A DNA stretch of 39,835 nucleotides, from positions 1 to 39,835 of the forward strand of contig JAUCBJ010002050.1 of assembly GCA_032718475.1 (NCBI GenBank), given 5' to 3'. The stretch comes from Nemertoderma westbladi. Taxonomy: Eukaryota > Animalia > Xenacoelomorpha. The position numbers and the translations under genes were made by a program. Each line of letters opens with the position of its first letter. Positions within the stretch are counted from its first letter, which is position 1. Shown here piece by piece: positions 1 to 11,478 of this stretch. The notes under the pieces are model-generated. The model saw nothing but the letters and a program-made list of their open reading frames with translations. It was not told the origin of the DNA and made no database searches.

Positions 1-1058
1 ACAATGATCTCTTTATTAACATAATAATATTATTATAAACAAATTACTATTAGTTATAAAACGACCTTTAATTATGTGCCTACAGTATACAATCAACTAT
101 ACTGTACAATTAAAGCATTTGGGACTAAGATGTAAATATAATACTGTACTGTATAATAAATTTCGTATCATATAACTACGTACTGTATATGTTGATGCTG
201 TAACAAACTGTTAAATTCGGAAAAGGTTAAATTCTTATTTTTCCTCCGACAAAAAGTAAATCTCATTTATATTAAGGAAAAAAAGTATATTCTTTTTTCC
301 TGAAACTTTTGAAATATTTCGGTAACAAAGGATGGATATTGATTATTTCTTTTATTTAAATTGCACATTTTGAACAATATAAATGCCCTAGAATATAGAC
401 CTACACAGAACGGCATTACAAGTAGCAAATATACTATAATTTCATCTTATAATAATACTAATAAAATTAGTTGGAGTTACAGTACATGCAACGTTATCCA
501 GTTGCATAATAGTCAACTGTGTAACTACACAGTCATTCTTCTTTCCCCAATTAGGCCCAAGGGATTTGAATAAAGATTGCCGAGAGTTAATAAGAAATCT
601 CCGAATCTGCATCCAATGAATTCGAACCAGTTCTTCGCAAAATATTATCTAAAATAAAAATTATAAAAAACGTCAGGCGGCTTGGCTATATTATTTTATT
701 CAATGTTAAATCTAATGTGTTATGTTAGCAGCCACGTTAGTTGCATTATTGTTAATGTTAGGTGGAAAGGTGGGTATGTAGGACAATGGGTAGGTGGTCG
801 AGTGCAGGAGTGTATGGTCAGACCAACATTCTTGAAAATTATTTTAAAAGATTCTAGTCGTGATAATGCAGATGACTGCTGTACAATGGCTATTGTGTGG
901 CGTTGCGGGGCAGCCAGCCAGCGCCGCTGCAACCTAATTCGTGTTCTTATATTTTACATTGTAGAATTATACTAAGTAACTGGACAAATTTCCTTTCCGA
1001 TGATGTGTATTTTTTCGTCTGGAAAGGTGGTCCTACAGGAGGCATATAACATAAGCCT

Positions 1059-1141
1059 AGGGTAAACTGTGGTAATTTGGGACATGGTGTAATTTGGGAC
1101 AGGCTGGGGTAATTTGGGACAGGCTGGGGTAATTTGGGACA
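1059..1141 (+). repeat. Short tandem array of GGTAATTTGGGACA units, possibly a lone pogo/Tc1-mariner-type transposon terminus
   Basis: Four copies of GTAATTTGGGACA at about 20-bp spacing, preceded by TA-GGGTAAACTGT. No matching inverted end was found in the window. Confidence 0.45.
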
Positions 1142-1297
1142 AGTCTTTTCTTAACTTTGATTGCAGTGGGGTTTGGTGGGTTGCTTAAATTGTAGGCCTA
1201 CACTTAGCTTCACACTTTCTATGCCTATTTTAAATGCTGTAGGGCTGTCGGGTCGGGTAGACTTTCTAGCCGTAACCAGTAAGTGTAAAGGTGTTTG

Positions 1298-2933
1298 CTT
1301 TCAGACATTTCGCACATGAGATGACAGATAACCTTATTCAATTATTCACATAGATGCAAGAGGTAGTATAGTAGGGCCTATAGTACTGTACATATTTTGC
1401 CAAGATTCAGTTTATGGTAAACAAATTAAAATCATGGAAATGGAAGTAGGTTTTCATTTTCGGGCCTAGATACAGTATATTCCAAGACTCAGCTTAAACA
1501 GATTAAGATGAAGGAAATGGAGATATGGGTAAGCGGAAGATAATTTTCATACATTTTTCCCTCTAGCAGCAGACTGGAGAACTGCAGCTCAATTACTGAC
1601 CCCACCAAGCAGCCAAGACACATCAGCAGCAGCACACCGCATGATGTATTCTAAACAGAGCTCATACTGATACATACATAGAAAGACAGACATACAACAT
1701 ATTTGACAAGTTTCAGTTTGAATTGAACGGATCATATATTATGGAATGAGTCAAGGATGTCACTTTCAGACATTTCGCCCTCTAGCGGCAGAATGGAGAA
1801 CCCGATAACCTTCTTCACAAAGATTCAACATGCGGACATGTGGTATAGTTAGTAGGGCTTATACTGTAGCTCATACTTTGCCAAGATTCAGCTTAAGGTA
1901 AACGAATTAGAAACACGGAAATAGGAGAAGGTTTTTACTTTCAGACACTTAGCCCTCTAGCATCAGACTGGAGAACTGCAGATGAATCACCTTCCATTCT
2001 TCCTCAAAACGACATAGCGACAGCATGTAGTCGTTGTCTGGTACTTATATTCTAAGACTCTGAAATGAATGTGTACAAGAAGTAAATGGGTACAGGCTAT
2101 ATGGCTGTATGGGAAGTGGAAGGTTTATCACTTTCATACATTTTTCCCTCAAGCGGAAGTCTGGAGAACTGCAGACTAATTACTGACCGACTCCAACCAA
2201 GACACAGCAGCAGCAGCACACCGACTGACTGACGCAGGATGTATTCTAGCTGAGCACATACTGGCATACAGACAGACATACAACATATTTGACAAGTTTC
2301 TTAAGTATTAATAAATTATACTAACTCTTTAGAACCCCTAACAGTTACGGAAATTTCGCGATGAATTATGTCTTCGTTGAATTCTGGCTACTTTTATAGG
2401 AAATATTATTGCTGGATACAAAATTCAGCATCAACGCCACGCCAACATGTTATGCTGCCTTCTTTCTCGGAATGCCTTCTATGGCCAGAGAACCTAACCA
2501 CCAACCTAAAGAAATAACGATCAGACTGACGATCAGAATACATAATACTGTACAGTATATACTGTATCCAGCGACAATCAAAAACTGGTTTACTCGATAG
2601 GGCCTCCAAATAATGCAATCTTTTAAATAATTTATTTGGTTGTATTTAAATTAGAAAATTAAAATTAAATTTGATAAATTTAAATGAAAAATAAAATTAA
2701 TAAAATGGGGAAGGTTAACAGTTTTAAACATTTGGCCCACTAGCGCGAGCGGCAGACTAGCGGTAAATTTTCAATGCGACTGATTTAAATCCGACAATAT
2801 ATTATGATGTCAAAATGGTACTGAATATCCTAATGCAGACAGACGACTACAACAACTATTTGCCATTATTGTCCCACCCCGACAGTGTCAGTTTGCTAAC
2901 GTTCCTTCAACTTCGTGGCTCGCCCCAAATTAA
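1298..2933. repeat. Interspersed element with ~180-250 bp degenerate internal repeats, each carrying a CTCF-like motif (copy A)
   Basis: Recurring unit CCAAGATTCAGCTTA...GAAATGG...TTCACTTTCAGACATTTCGCCCTCTAGCGGCAGACTGGAGAACTGCAG at about 1298, 1545, 1760, 1937 and 2130. The end CTTCGTGGCTCGCCCCAAAT (~2911-2930) is shared with 35017-35038. Confidence 0.7.
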
Positions 2934-3229
2934 TCTTTTATTGCTTCCTCTTAGGTTTCATTATTTATTCGAGAATTTTCATTGGACTCAATTAGTAGTG
3001 GTTACATTTTGAGAATGTCAATGGGTCCCAGTAACATTAACTACGGTATTCATTGCAGTAGCATCTACCAGTAACCTTTACTTTTCAGTTCGTGGTACCT
3101 GTTCGGTACAGCTGTAGTTAAATTCAGACTTTCTGCCATCAATTAATTACGTTACCAGTTTAAAAATACAGACAAACTGCTGTTAAGATAGAATCTCCGT
3201 TAATCTTTATTTAGATTTGCAGTTTGAAT

Positions 3230-3476
3230 GGGAGAATCTTTTAGGCTAGTTAAGCCAAGGAATGACTGTTCACCACCATGGGTGATCTTCCACAGTAAAC
3301 CCTTTCACTCTGTTTCCCAAGTTGCCTTGGTTCCCATTTATCGACCACTGAAGGATGAAAGCCGGGGTTGGGCTAGGCTGCAGCATTTAAAGCACTGCGC
3401 CCAAACAGTGATGCCCCATCTAGGGATCGAACCAGGGCACCCTAATCGGAAGCACAGTAATGTCACCACTAGACCA
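3230..3476 (-). mobile_element. tRNA-derived SINE with Nin-domain-like core (copy A)
   Basis: On the minus strand: A box TGGTCTAGTGG, B box GGTTCGATCCC and core CTTTCATCCTTCAGTGGTCGATAAATGGGAACC. Flanked by a perfect 17-bp TSD AGATTTGCAGTTTGAAT (3213-3229, 3477-3493). Confidence 0.85.
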
Positions 3477-3770
3477 AGATTTGCAGTTTGAATAAACGGA
3501 TACCGCACCGGTAGCAGCTGTAGCCTATTTGTTTTCCTTAAACAATTATAAATATTAAGAACAACGTAGTGCCGACTGTACTTCAGGCCTGTACCGCAGG
3601 CCTACCGGAACCGGGTACCGGTAATTAATTACTGAATTAGGATTATTAAATTATTACTGGATTATTAAACACTGGCTTTACTATAATTCTGCCGTTTATC
3701 CTATTTTTCCAGCATTTATTTAAGTTAAAAAGTGTTACCAGAGCAGCTCTTAGCTATAGAATAAAGCAGT

Positions 3771-6457
3771 GGTGGCGGGACAGGGATAATTGCAGCACAT
3801 CCATTCCACGCTAAACTTAGTCAAGACGGCGTGTTTGATTCTTTTGAATACTCAACATGGAAAATCTACAATGTAAAGAAACTAATATTTATTATTGTAA
3901 TAATTTATCGACGCCCATATTCTACTAACCACCCTGTAACAGTTCAACAGTTTATCATTGATTTCCCTGTATTCATCGAACCTCTACTCACAATTAAGCA
4001 GAAAATAATTATAACTGGCGACTTCAATATCCATATAAATGATGCTAATGACAACTACACTGCGAAATTCCTGGATCAAATAGCTGGAATTGGCCTCACC
4101 CAACATGTCACGGTTCCGACTCATATATCAGGAAATACCATTGACTTAATCATCACACGGAACAATAATGAGCTACTAATCAGTAAACCATCCATAGGCG
4201 AGCAATTATCTGATCATTACTTTGTGAACGCTCTCATCAAACACCCATTCTCTCTACCGACAATTAAAACGGTGACCTCTCGCAACCTTAAGGATATAAA
4301 TCTGGAAAAGTTTCGGATGGACATACAACAGTCGGCATTATGTAAACAACACATCTACTCAACGCTCAATGTGGAATCCTCGGTGACTATGTACAATGAT
4401 GAACTAACATCTATCATTGACCAACACGCACCATTAACCACCAGAAATATAAAAGTTCGCAACTCAAACCCCTGGTACAACGGCGCGCTCAGCGAATTAA
4501 AGCGAAAACGACGACAGGCAGAAAGAAAATGGAGACGGACTCGGCTGCCGCTCGACGCTGCTTACCTAGCTGCTGCTCGTGATCGTTACAGCCACGCCAT
4601 AGCGAACGCCCAGAAAAAGTTCTACACCGATAAAATCATCGCATGCGGCAAAGATCAGAAACAACTTTTCACATTCATAAAAACACTCACTATACCAACT
4701 GCAGAGCAAGAACTTCCTGCCCCTCACAGCTCACTCTCACTTCCTGATTCTTTTGGTGATTTCTTTGTTAACAAAATTGAAAAGATTCGAGATGAACTAT
4801 CAGTGATCCGAACTGAAATTAACAATGTACCGGTGTCATATAATGACGATGATGTTCCTCTGACTACAGCTGAATTCTCATGTTTTTCTCCGTGTACTGA
4901 AGAAGCTGTAAACAAACTGATTATGAATGCGCCCAACAAACAGTGCCCCCTTGATCCCATCCCGACTTTCATCTTAAAACAAGTAATAACTGAACTGTTG
5001 CCTTTGATTACCAACATTGTAAACAAATCAATAACAACAGGAAGTTTTCCTGAACAATGGCGTGAAGCAATAATTACAGCAGCCCTAAAGAATGTGAAAC
5101 TCGAGTCCATAATATTCCAGAATTTTCGACCAGTCAGTGGATTGGCTTTTTTATCGAAACTCACTGAACGCGCAGCTATATCTCAGCTAATGCCGCACAT
5201 CAAGCCTCTGTTTCCCATCAACCAATCAGCGTACATGCAGAACCACAGCACAGAAACGACCCTTCTCCGTGTGCATTCAGATATTTTAATGGCCATGGAC
5301 GACCAACGAGTAACACTTTTAGTTTTCCTAGATTTGAGTGCTGCTTTTGATACTGTTGATCGCAAAACTCTTCTCGACGTACTACGAACGAAAATGAATA
5401 TAACCGATGTGGCTCACCAGTGGTTCACAGAATATCTTACAAATAGAACTCAGCGTGTGATAATCAAAGGATGCTGCTCAAAATCACTATGTGTCCGCCA
5501 TGGGTTTCCCCAGCGCTCGTGCCTTGGCTGCATATTGTTTATAATATACGTAACGGCAATATACCAGATAATCGAACGCCATCTACCGGACGTACAAGGT
5601 TACGCCGATGATAACCAACTATATCTTTCTTTTAAACCTGACAGTGAATCGAACGAGAACGGAGCGGTAAAAGCTATGGAACTGTGCATTGATGAACTTC
5701 GCAATTGGTTCATAAACAACTGGCTACAAATAAATGATACCAAAACGAATTTCTAATTATCGTTACTGATCAGCAACTATCGAAAGTAAATACATCATCA
5801 ATTACAGTTGGCGGCCACACAATAAATAAAACTGACAACGTTCGCAACCTTGGCGCTTATTTTGATAGTACAATGTCTATGAACACCTTTGTCACCAAAA
5901 CGTGTAGCAGTGCATTCTATCACCTGAGAAATATACAGCGAATTCGACCGTTTTTAAACAAGACAACTACCGAGTCACTGATACACGCGTTTATATCGTC
6001 CAAACTAGACTATTGTAATGCACTTTATTACGGAATTCCTGACTATCAAATAGCGCGTCTACAACGGGTTCAAAACGCGGCCGCTCGTTTGGTTTCGGGT
6101 GTTCGAAAGTTTGAACACATAACGCCCACGCTGAAAGCACTGCATTGGCTGCCAGTAAAGAAGCGGATTGAATATAAAATAATACTCATTGTTTTTAAAT
6201 CCCTCCACAACAAAGCGCCGAAATACATCGATGAACTCATCAGCGTCTACCGCTCACCATACCATAGTCGATCTACTGATGCGCTTGTACTCCGTGTTCC
6301 GCCGCACAAACACGCCACACTCGGCCGTCGCGCCTTTGCAGTGTCCGGCCCAACCCTGTGGAACCAGCTACCGCGGCACATTCGCCTCACTCCAACAATA
6401 GATGAATTTAAATCACTGCTAAAAACGCACCTATTTAAGACAAGTTATTCTTATTAG
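3771..6457 (+). pseudogene. L2 ORF2 (AP endonuclease + reverse transcriptase), 5'-truncated, one frameshift
   Basis: The frame is open from the insertion edge (GGGTGIIA...). APE motifs IYRRP, GDFNIH, HISGNTIDL and SDH; RT motifs NFRPVSGL, LDLSAAFDTVD and YADD. A 1-nt loss near 5746 (KTEFLII...VRNLGAYFD continues in another frame) splits it into ORFs 3831-5756 and 5873-6457. The PQG motif is mutated to FPQRS. Confidence 0.92.
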
Positions 6458-6474
6458 TTCATTTTTTCATATTT

Positions 6475-6720
6475 TTCGTTTTAACATCGCCATTTGTTTT
6501 AACCCCGCCAACATTCGTTTTAACTCATCTTTATTTGTTTTAACCCCGCCAGCGTCGTTTTAATTCATCCTTCATTTGTTTTTCAACGCCAGCATTAGTT
6601 ATAAACTCATACGTCATTTGTTTTATAGAACTCGTCGGCGTTTGTTTTAACTTGTCCTTCAATTGTTTCAACTCGGCCAACAACCCATTGTTTGTTTTAA
6701 CTCAATACTTGTCTGTTTTT
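6475..6720 (+). repeat. Degenerate ~40-bp minisatellite in the L2 3' UTR
   Basis: Units resembling CATTTGTTTTAACCCCGCCAGCATTCGTTTTAACTCATCCTT, about 5-6 copies. Confidence 0.7.
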
Positions 6721-8632
6721 AATTATGAAATATTTATTTTTACTTCATTGATTGCCTTTCGTGCAGCGCCTAGAATAATTAGTATCATTTTTAAATAGGC
6801 GCTATATAAATTATACATTATTATTATATTATAATAGTTACTTTTATTTCATTTTTTTTTATCGGTGGTTAACAAGGCGTTTTAGAACTACAAGGCCATG
6901 CAGCCTTGTGGAACTGGAGCCGGACTGGAGGCGGACTGGAGGCAAACTATTTTTTGTTATATTTCATAATTTATAATCACTCATTTTTAAAATACTATAA
7001 CAAAGTTTAGAAAATTTTATTCTGGAAATATAATTATTATAAAATAAATTATATTATTAAAAATAATATTCATAAATAAATTATTGCGTTGTACTTGTGT
7101 TTTCAATAAGGCGTTCTAAACTGTCTAAACCGTTCTAAAATTTACTAGCTAATTTCAATGTTTAATTTACAAAGCAAAAACACACTGGAAATTTAATGTA
7201 ATTGCCAAATTAATAAATTTCTACTATAAAATGAACGAATTTTGTTCCTTTAACACAGCCTATCAAATTGATTGCATGTTAAATATTCTAGAACGTTTGC
7301 TAGTATGTTAATATAAAATATATTTATACTAAATATATTTATTATTTTATTTATGTTCTAGAACAGTGTATAATAATAATATTTTGTTCTAGCTACCATG
7401 CATTTTACTTGCTATCATAATAATTTAATTGAAATATTTAATAGTTTTATAAATATTTTTGTATAGTTGCTAATGATTATGCATCCGTTTCGAATGCCAG
7501 TACTTATTTTTTCTACAAAATGTCTTATTTTATAAATAACATATTTTTGGGGCAACAGGGCTACTAGGGCGTGAATTTCAGCTAAAATGTTGATATTTTG
7601 TATTTGCTATGAATATTCTTCAATACTATACTATACCTTAATTACCCTAACATCTATAATTAAGAAATCAAATAAAAAGGATGGCGTGGATAATACAAAA
7701 TAATCAATATATAATTTATTATGAAGTGAAATTAATAATATCTTTCTCTCCTAGGGTCGACTAAGACCCTACTCTCTTATGTAATTCTTCCCTAAACAAT
7801 TAACCCTAACCCTGTGGCGGCATTCTCGAACTTAAACCCACATGGCCAATCGCCATTTAGAATTTGATCGTTGATCCCTGATGCAGTTCCCTGTAGCCAA
7901 AATACAGCAAAGAAACCTATGCCCTTTATTCATCCCATTACTACTCGAAATCGGTTATAATAATTATATTTCTAGAATGCTACTTCCTACAATAAGTTAT
8001 ATTATTCGTAATATAATAGAGGCTCCAGCCTATGCCCCGTAGGAATTTTAAATATGACTCAGCTATCCTACATAGATGTTTAGTACAGACCCAGGCTGCC
8101 CCCTGGCCAACCACTCTTCAAAGTCACTGTGGTGATGTGTTGTGGACCGTCTCCAGTACTCCAGTACTCTTCCATTGGGGTTGTCTGCAAATACAATTAA
8201 TAAAATATGGTGAGTGGTGATCATAAAAAAATAGATAAAACGCATTCAACTACATATAATTTCTATGTCAAATTAAATGACTGTTTAAATAATTAAATGT
8301 ATTTGTATCAAAACTTGGGAGAATTCCTCAAATTTATTGGGCTACCTACAAACCTTAGCAAATAACCTCAATCTAGATTTGTACTTTGCGCGGCCATAGC
8401 ATGACAATTTGCATTTTTTTCCTTCTTAATAATGTAACTGTATGGGTTTCACGCGGTTTTGATGGCACCGAAGCCCCATTGCTAATATAATAGGTTTACA
8501 GCTGAAGGAAGTGCGCGAAATATTCAAATGTCCAATGTGGAAAGCCCTTTATACTTGAGCAATTAAAAGTGACAAGTGAAGAGCAAACTCAAACTGCTAT
8601 GCTTAGCAGTAAACAACTTAAATCCGACGCCA

Positions 8633-9354
8633 CCCCGCCCCCACGAGAAGAAAACTAAGTTTAATTAGGACAAGTATATTTAATGACGTCATGTATTGCA
8701 AACGTGATCATTTCCATCAGAATTTGACTCCAAACAAAGAGTAATCTGCTATCGTAATGTATAAATCTCAAAACCATCAAAAATCTAATTAATTTACATT
8801 TGAAACTGACATGAATCAATTTGTCTTGACTAACCCATCTCATTGCATCATCGGTTACGTTCTGGCCATATATTTTCGAGTTACTTTTTTTCATGTTTAT
8901 CGGTTGGTTTCAGTAATCCCTATGAACTAGTTTTCATTGTTCTTGTAAAAACCACCACTACGTGTGGGTGGGTAGTTGCGGGTGAAGTGATGGAGGTCAA
9001 CTGCAGGTCACGTGATATATAATACCTTAGATATCCAATTAATTATCGGTTATATTCATAGTAGGTTTGTAATTAAATTATTAAGGCAAGTGAAACAGCG
9101 TTTAACAAACGAATGATAAACTTAATCGTTTCAAGCTTATACTCAGACAAAAAACAATCTGAGATAGCGTCTTGAGCAGTTCATTACAGCTGCGGTTCTA
9201 ATAATTACCAACTTGAATGAACACTGCGCGTTTATCATTTATATGTGCGAACCACGGAAAGTATTAAAATCCGAAGGAATGGAACCGGGAGAACGTGCGT
9301 GAACCTATTAAAGTAGCTCGATTTATTGGTGTGACGTCACAAGAAAACTTATAT
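8633..9354 (+). promoter_or_regulatory. Candidate promoter region upstream of the peptide gene (copy A; conserved in B at ~22087-22921)
   Basis: GC box CCCCGCCCCC 8633-8642; perfect CREs TGACGTCA at 8684-8691 and 9332-9339; E-box CACGTG 9009-9014 followed by TATATAA 9016-9022; inverted CCAAT 9325-9329; TATA-like TTATAT 9349-9354. Confidence 0.5.
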
Positions 9355-9600
9355 GAGAGTGCACGTAGGTCACTATTCCGTATCCCCGGTACGTTAATAC
9401 GTATTACCGAATATGTCACATTTTGAACATCCGAGCATGCCTATAATCTTCTCGTAAAATGTAGCGGATCATGCTACTAATTCCACATCGATGCCAGTAC
9501 AGTATCATGTGCTAGATGTTGGAATATCATATACGAAACTTTCACGAGCAAAATCTATTGCATATTTTTATGGAAACCAATGAAAACAAATACAATTTAT

Positions 9601-9947
9601 CGTAAGAGTTTAAACGGAGCAATGGATGGGTGGTGTTTAGAAAAAAACTCAGTTTTTGGCTATATTTCGATCTCCTTGGATGACCGTCTTCAGGCTGTAA
9701 TTTAATAACCGGTACGTTGGCCTATCAGAAATTATAAATTGCACAAATTTGAAAATACCGCTAAAGGTCAAATTGAAAACATTACATGGAGTTAATAGTC
9801 TACTGTAGAATTAATGAGCGAAGATGATATGTGTGAAAGGATAGGTGTATAATTAAATTATTACTATTATTTTGTTCTAATTTACACCACCCATCCATTG
9901 CTCCGTTTAAACTCCTATGTTAATTCGACATGGATATTAGACCACTT
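9601..9947. mobile_element. Penelope-like element relic with 31-bp inverted repeats (copy A; B counterpart ~23168-23646)
   Basis: GAGTTTAAACGGAGCAATGGATGGGTGGTGT (9606-9636) is the exact reverse complement of 9884-9914. An internal hammerhead-like motif is present. Imperfect flanking direct repeat AAATACAA.(T/G)TAT at 9588-9600 and 9948-9960. Confidence 0.6.
9657..9698 (-). ncRNA. Minimal type I hammerhead ribozyme-like motif
   Basis: Minus strand reads AGC-CTGAAGA-C-GGTC-ATCCAAGGA-GATC-GAAA-TAT-A-GCC: CUGANGA/GAAA core, 4-bp stem II, palindromic ATAT stem III. Stem I is weak. Confidence 0.55.
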
Positions 9948-9971
9948 AAATACAACGTATTATTATTATAG

Positions 9972-10193
9972 ATGATAATCTTTATTGTATTGACGCTGCT
10001 TCTCTTTTGGGGCTTCGGACTAAGCGACCCTCCATGTTGTTTCGAATACACATTGGCAAGACGTCCCAGTTCCTGTAAATGTCCGGAGTTGGACAACCTT
10101 ACGTACTGGACCGTGGACGTGGGAAAGAGGTCAGACGGGGGCCACGACCAACGGTTACAAAGGAAACACTGGAAACCATTTATTTTGAAATAA
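9972..10193 (+). CDS. Secreted Cys-rich amidated peptide precursor, orexin-like architecture (copy A)
   Basis: Hydrophobic signal MIIFIVLTLLLFWGFGLS; predicted mature DPPCCFEYTLARRPSSCKCPELDNLTYWTVDV followed by G-KR; then SDGGHDQRLQ-RKH-WKPFILK. The ORF is a GC-richer island in AT-rich DNA, with an acceptor-like TTATAG directly before the ATG and AATAAA downstream at ~10493. Confidence 0.75.
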   Translation: MIIFIVLTLLLFWGFGLSDPPCCFEYTLARRPSSCKCPELDNLTYWTVDVGKRSDGGHDQRLQRKHWKPFILK

Positions 10194-10739
10194 TTATATT
10201 TTATGTATTTTTGTTATAGAAGCCGTATTTTCGAAAACACTACATAGAAATGTAACATTATTATAAATATATTTAGAATATGAGAAGGGGGAGATGGATA
10301 ATTAAATAATTAGAGATTATATGTTTGGAGATAAGCTAAATAATTAAGTTTGTGTTATTACATAACGCTATGAATGTCACATTTTATTGTGACGATAAAT
10401 TAAAATTATTTGTAGTTAATATTATTATTAACTATTATGCAAACTTCTTCACCATTTCAAATCAAAACGTCACATGAGTGAGCGTTCTCTCCAATAAACA
10501 GTATAAAGCTGCTTTACTTGGCAGGTATCTACTACGGTACCATATAAAGGTATAATATTATGGTGTAGTAGATACCTGTCAAAATATTACTTCCAGAGCA
10601 ATACACTACAATAAAATGTGGGAGAAGGTTAAAACAGTCAGACATCCTCGCAAACACAACCTATAGGCCTACTGTAGTTCAGTTGGTACTTTTAGATCGC
10701 TGCAAAGAATCAACTCTAAATAATTTAAAATGGGCCGAA

Positions 10740-11045
10740 ATTAAAGCATTACAAACAACGAAATGGGAGCATGATTTGATTTTCGAACAGTTGTCGCCTC
10801 CTAACGGCAGACTGGGGAACTGCAGACTGTTGAGCGTCCTTCCTAAACACACAGACTATGCTGTAATAAAACCCTCCCAAGAACCAGCAAAAAAAAACAT
10901 TTCAAACAAAGAAATGGGAGAAGGTTTTCACTTTCAGATATTTCGCCCCCTAGCGGCAGACTGGATAACTGCATACTTCTGAGCGTCCTCCCAAACACGC
11001 AGCCTATTATGGTCAGGTACATATTTGCAGAATGTCAGTTAGAAC
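10740..11045. repeat. Two units of the CTCF-motif repeat family (B counterpart ~24435-24740)
   Basis: TCGCCTCCTAACGGCAGACTGGGGAACTGCAG (~10794-10825) and TCGCCCCCTAGCGGCAGACTGGATAACTGCA (~10943-10973), each preceded by GAAATGGGAG. Confidence 0.7.
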
Positions 11046-11478
11046 AGTTTGAGTCTGATGGTTCAACTGCTGTTATACAGTTTCCTACCAGCTGAAATAG
11101 TTTGGCCGAAACCGGGACAGGCCCGGGTTTTAGACAGTCCCGATTCTAAGGGCCCTGGCATGATCGGCTATTCTGTCCATATAGCCTCTGGGCTCGAAAA
11201 ATAGACATAAAGCGAAAAACGCCATAGGCGCAATGATAAAAACAGCAGCTGCTGTATATATGGAAATTTAGAAGAGGGCCTCGTATTGCTATTCAATGGA
11301 TTGGCCCAAACTGCAGAGAAATATATTACTTGCCAAGTTTTACAGTAAGCAAACAGAAACTATTAGTTTGCAATGTATTGCCCCGTCAGCTGATAGCTCT
11401 CCCCAGTGAATCCAATGGGAATATCCAAACAATAAACCAACTACTAATAATTGTGGCGGTGTATTTAATTTTAATTAA

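Larger units (their letters stand above)
3771..6835 (+). mobile_element. 5'-truncated L2-clade LINE, copy-A specific
   Basis: Absent from copy B, where the empty site reads ATAAAGCAGT|TACTTTT at ~20315. AGT is repeated at 3768-3770 and 6836-6838. 3' end has GCGCCT...AGGCGCTATATAAAT followed by a (TTA)n tail, typical of L2. Confidence 0.93.

Noticed and set aside
588-649. Possible minus-strand terminal exon (DNILRRTGSNSLDADSEISY*) after a TTTTATTTTAG acceptor
   Set aside because: Too short, with no recognisable homology or partner exon. Unsupported without RNA data.
1298-2300. CRISPR-like reading of regularly spaced repeats
   Set aside because: Units are long and degenerate, the intervening sequence is also homologous, the context is eukaryotic, and there are no cas genes.
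3400-3476. tRNA gene
   Set aside because: The A and B boxes are the head of a SINE bounded by a 17-bp TSD, and no complete cloverleaf is evident. The same applies to the region near 33520.
3228-3491. 87-aa ORF conserved in both copies
   Set aside because: It is the antisense reading of the SINE, and its conservation only reflects the recent duplication.
4724-5365. Antisense ORFs within the L2 (likewise 14810-15118, 27301-27778, 31046-31285)
   Set aside because: These are shadow frames of RT coding sequence.
7790-7815. Telomere-like TAACCC repeats
   Set aside because: Only about two units, and disrupted in copy B.
10683-10982. 99-aa ORF identical in both copies
   Set aside because: TTG start, lies over the CTCF-motif repeat units, and has no protein-like features.
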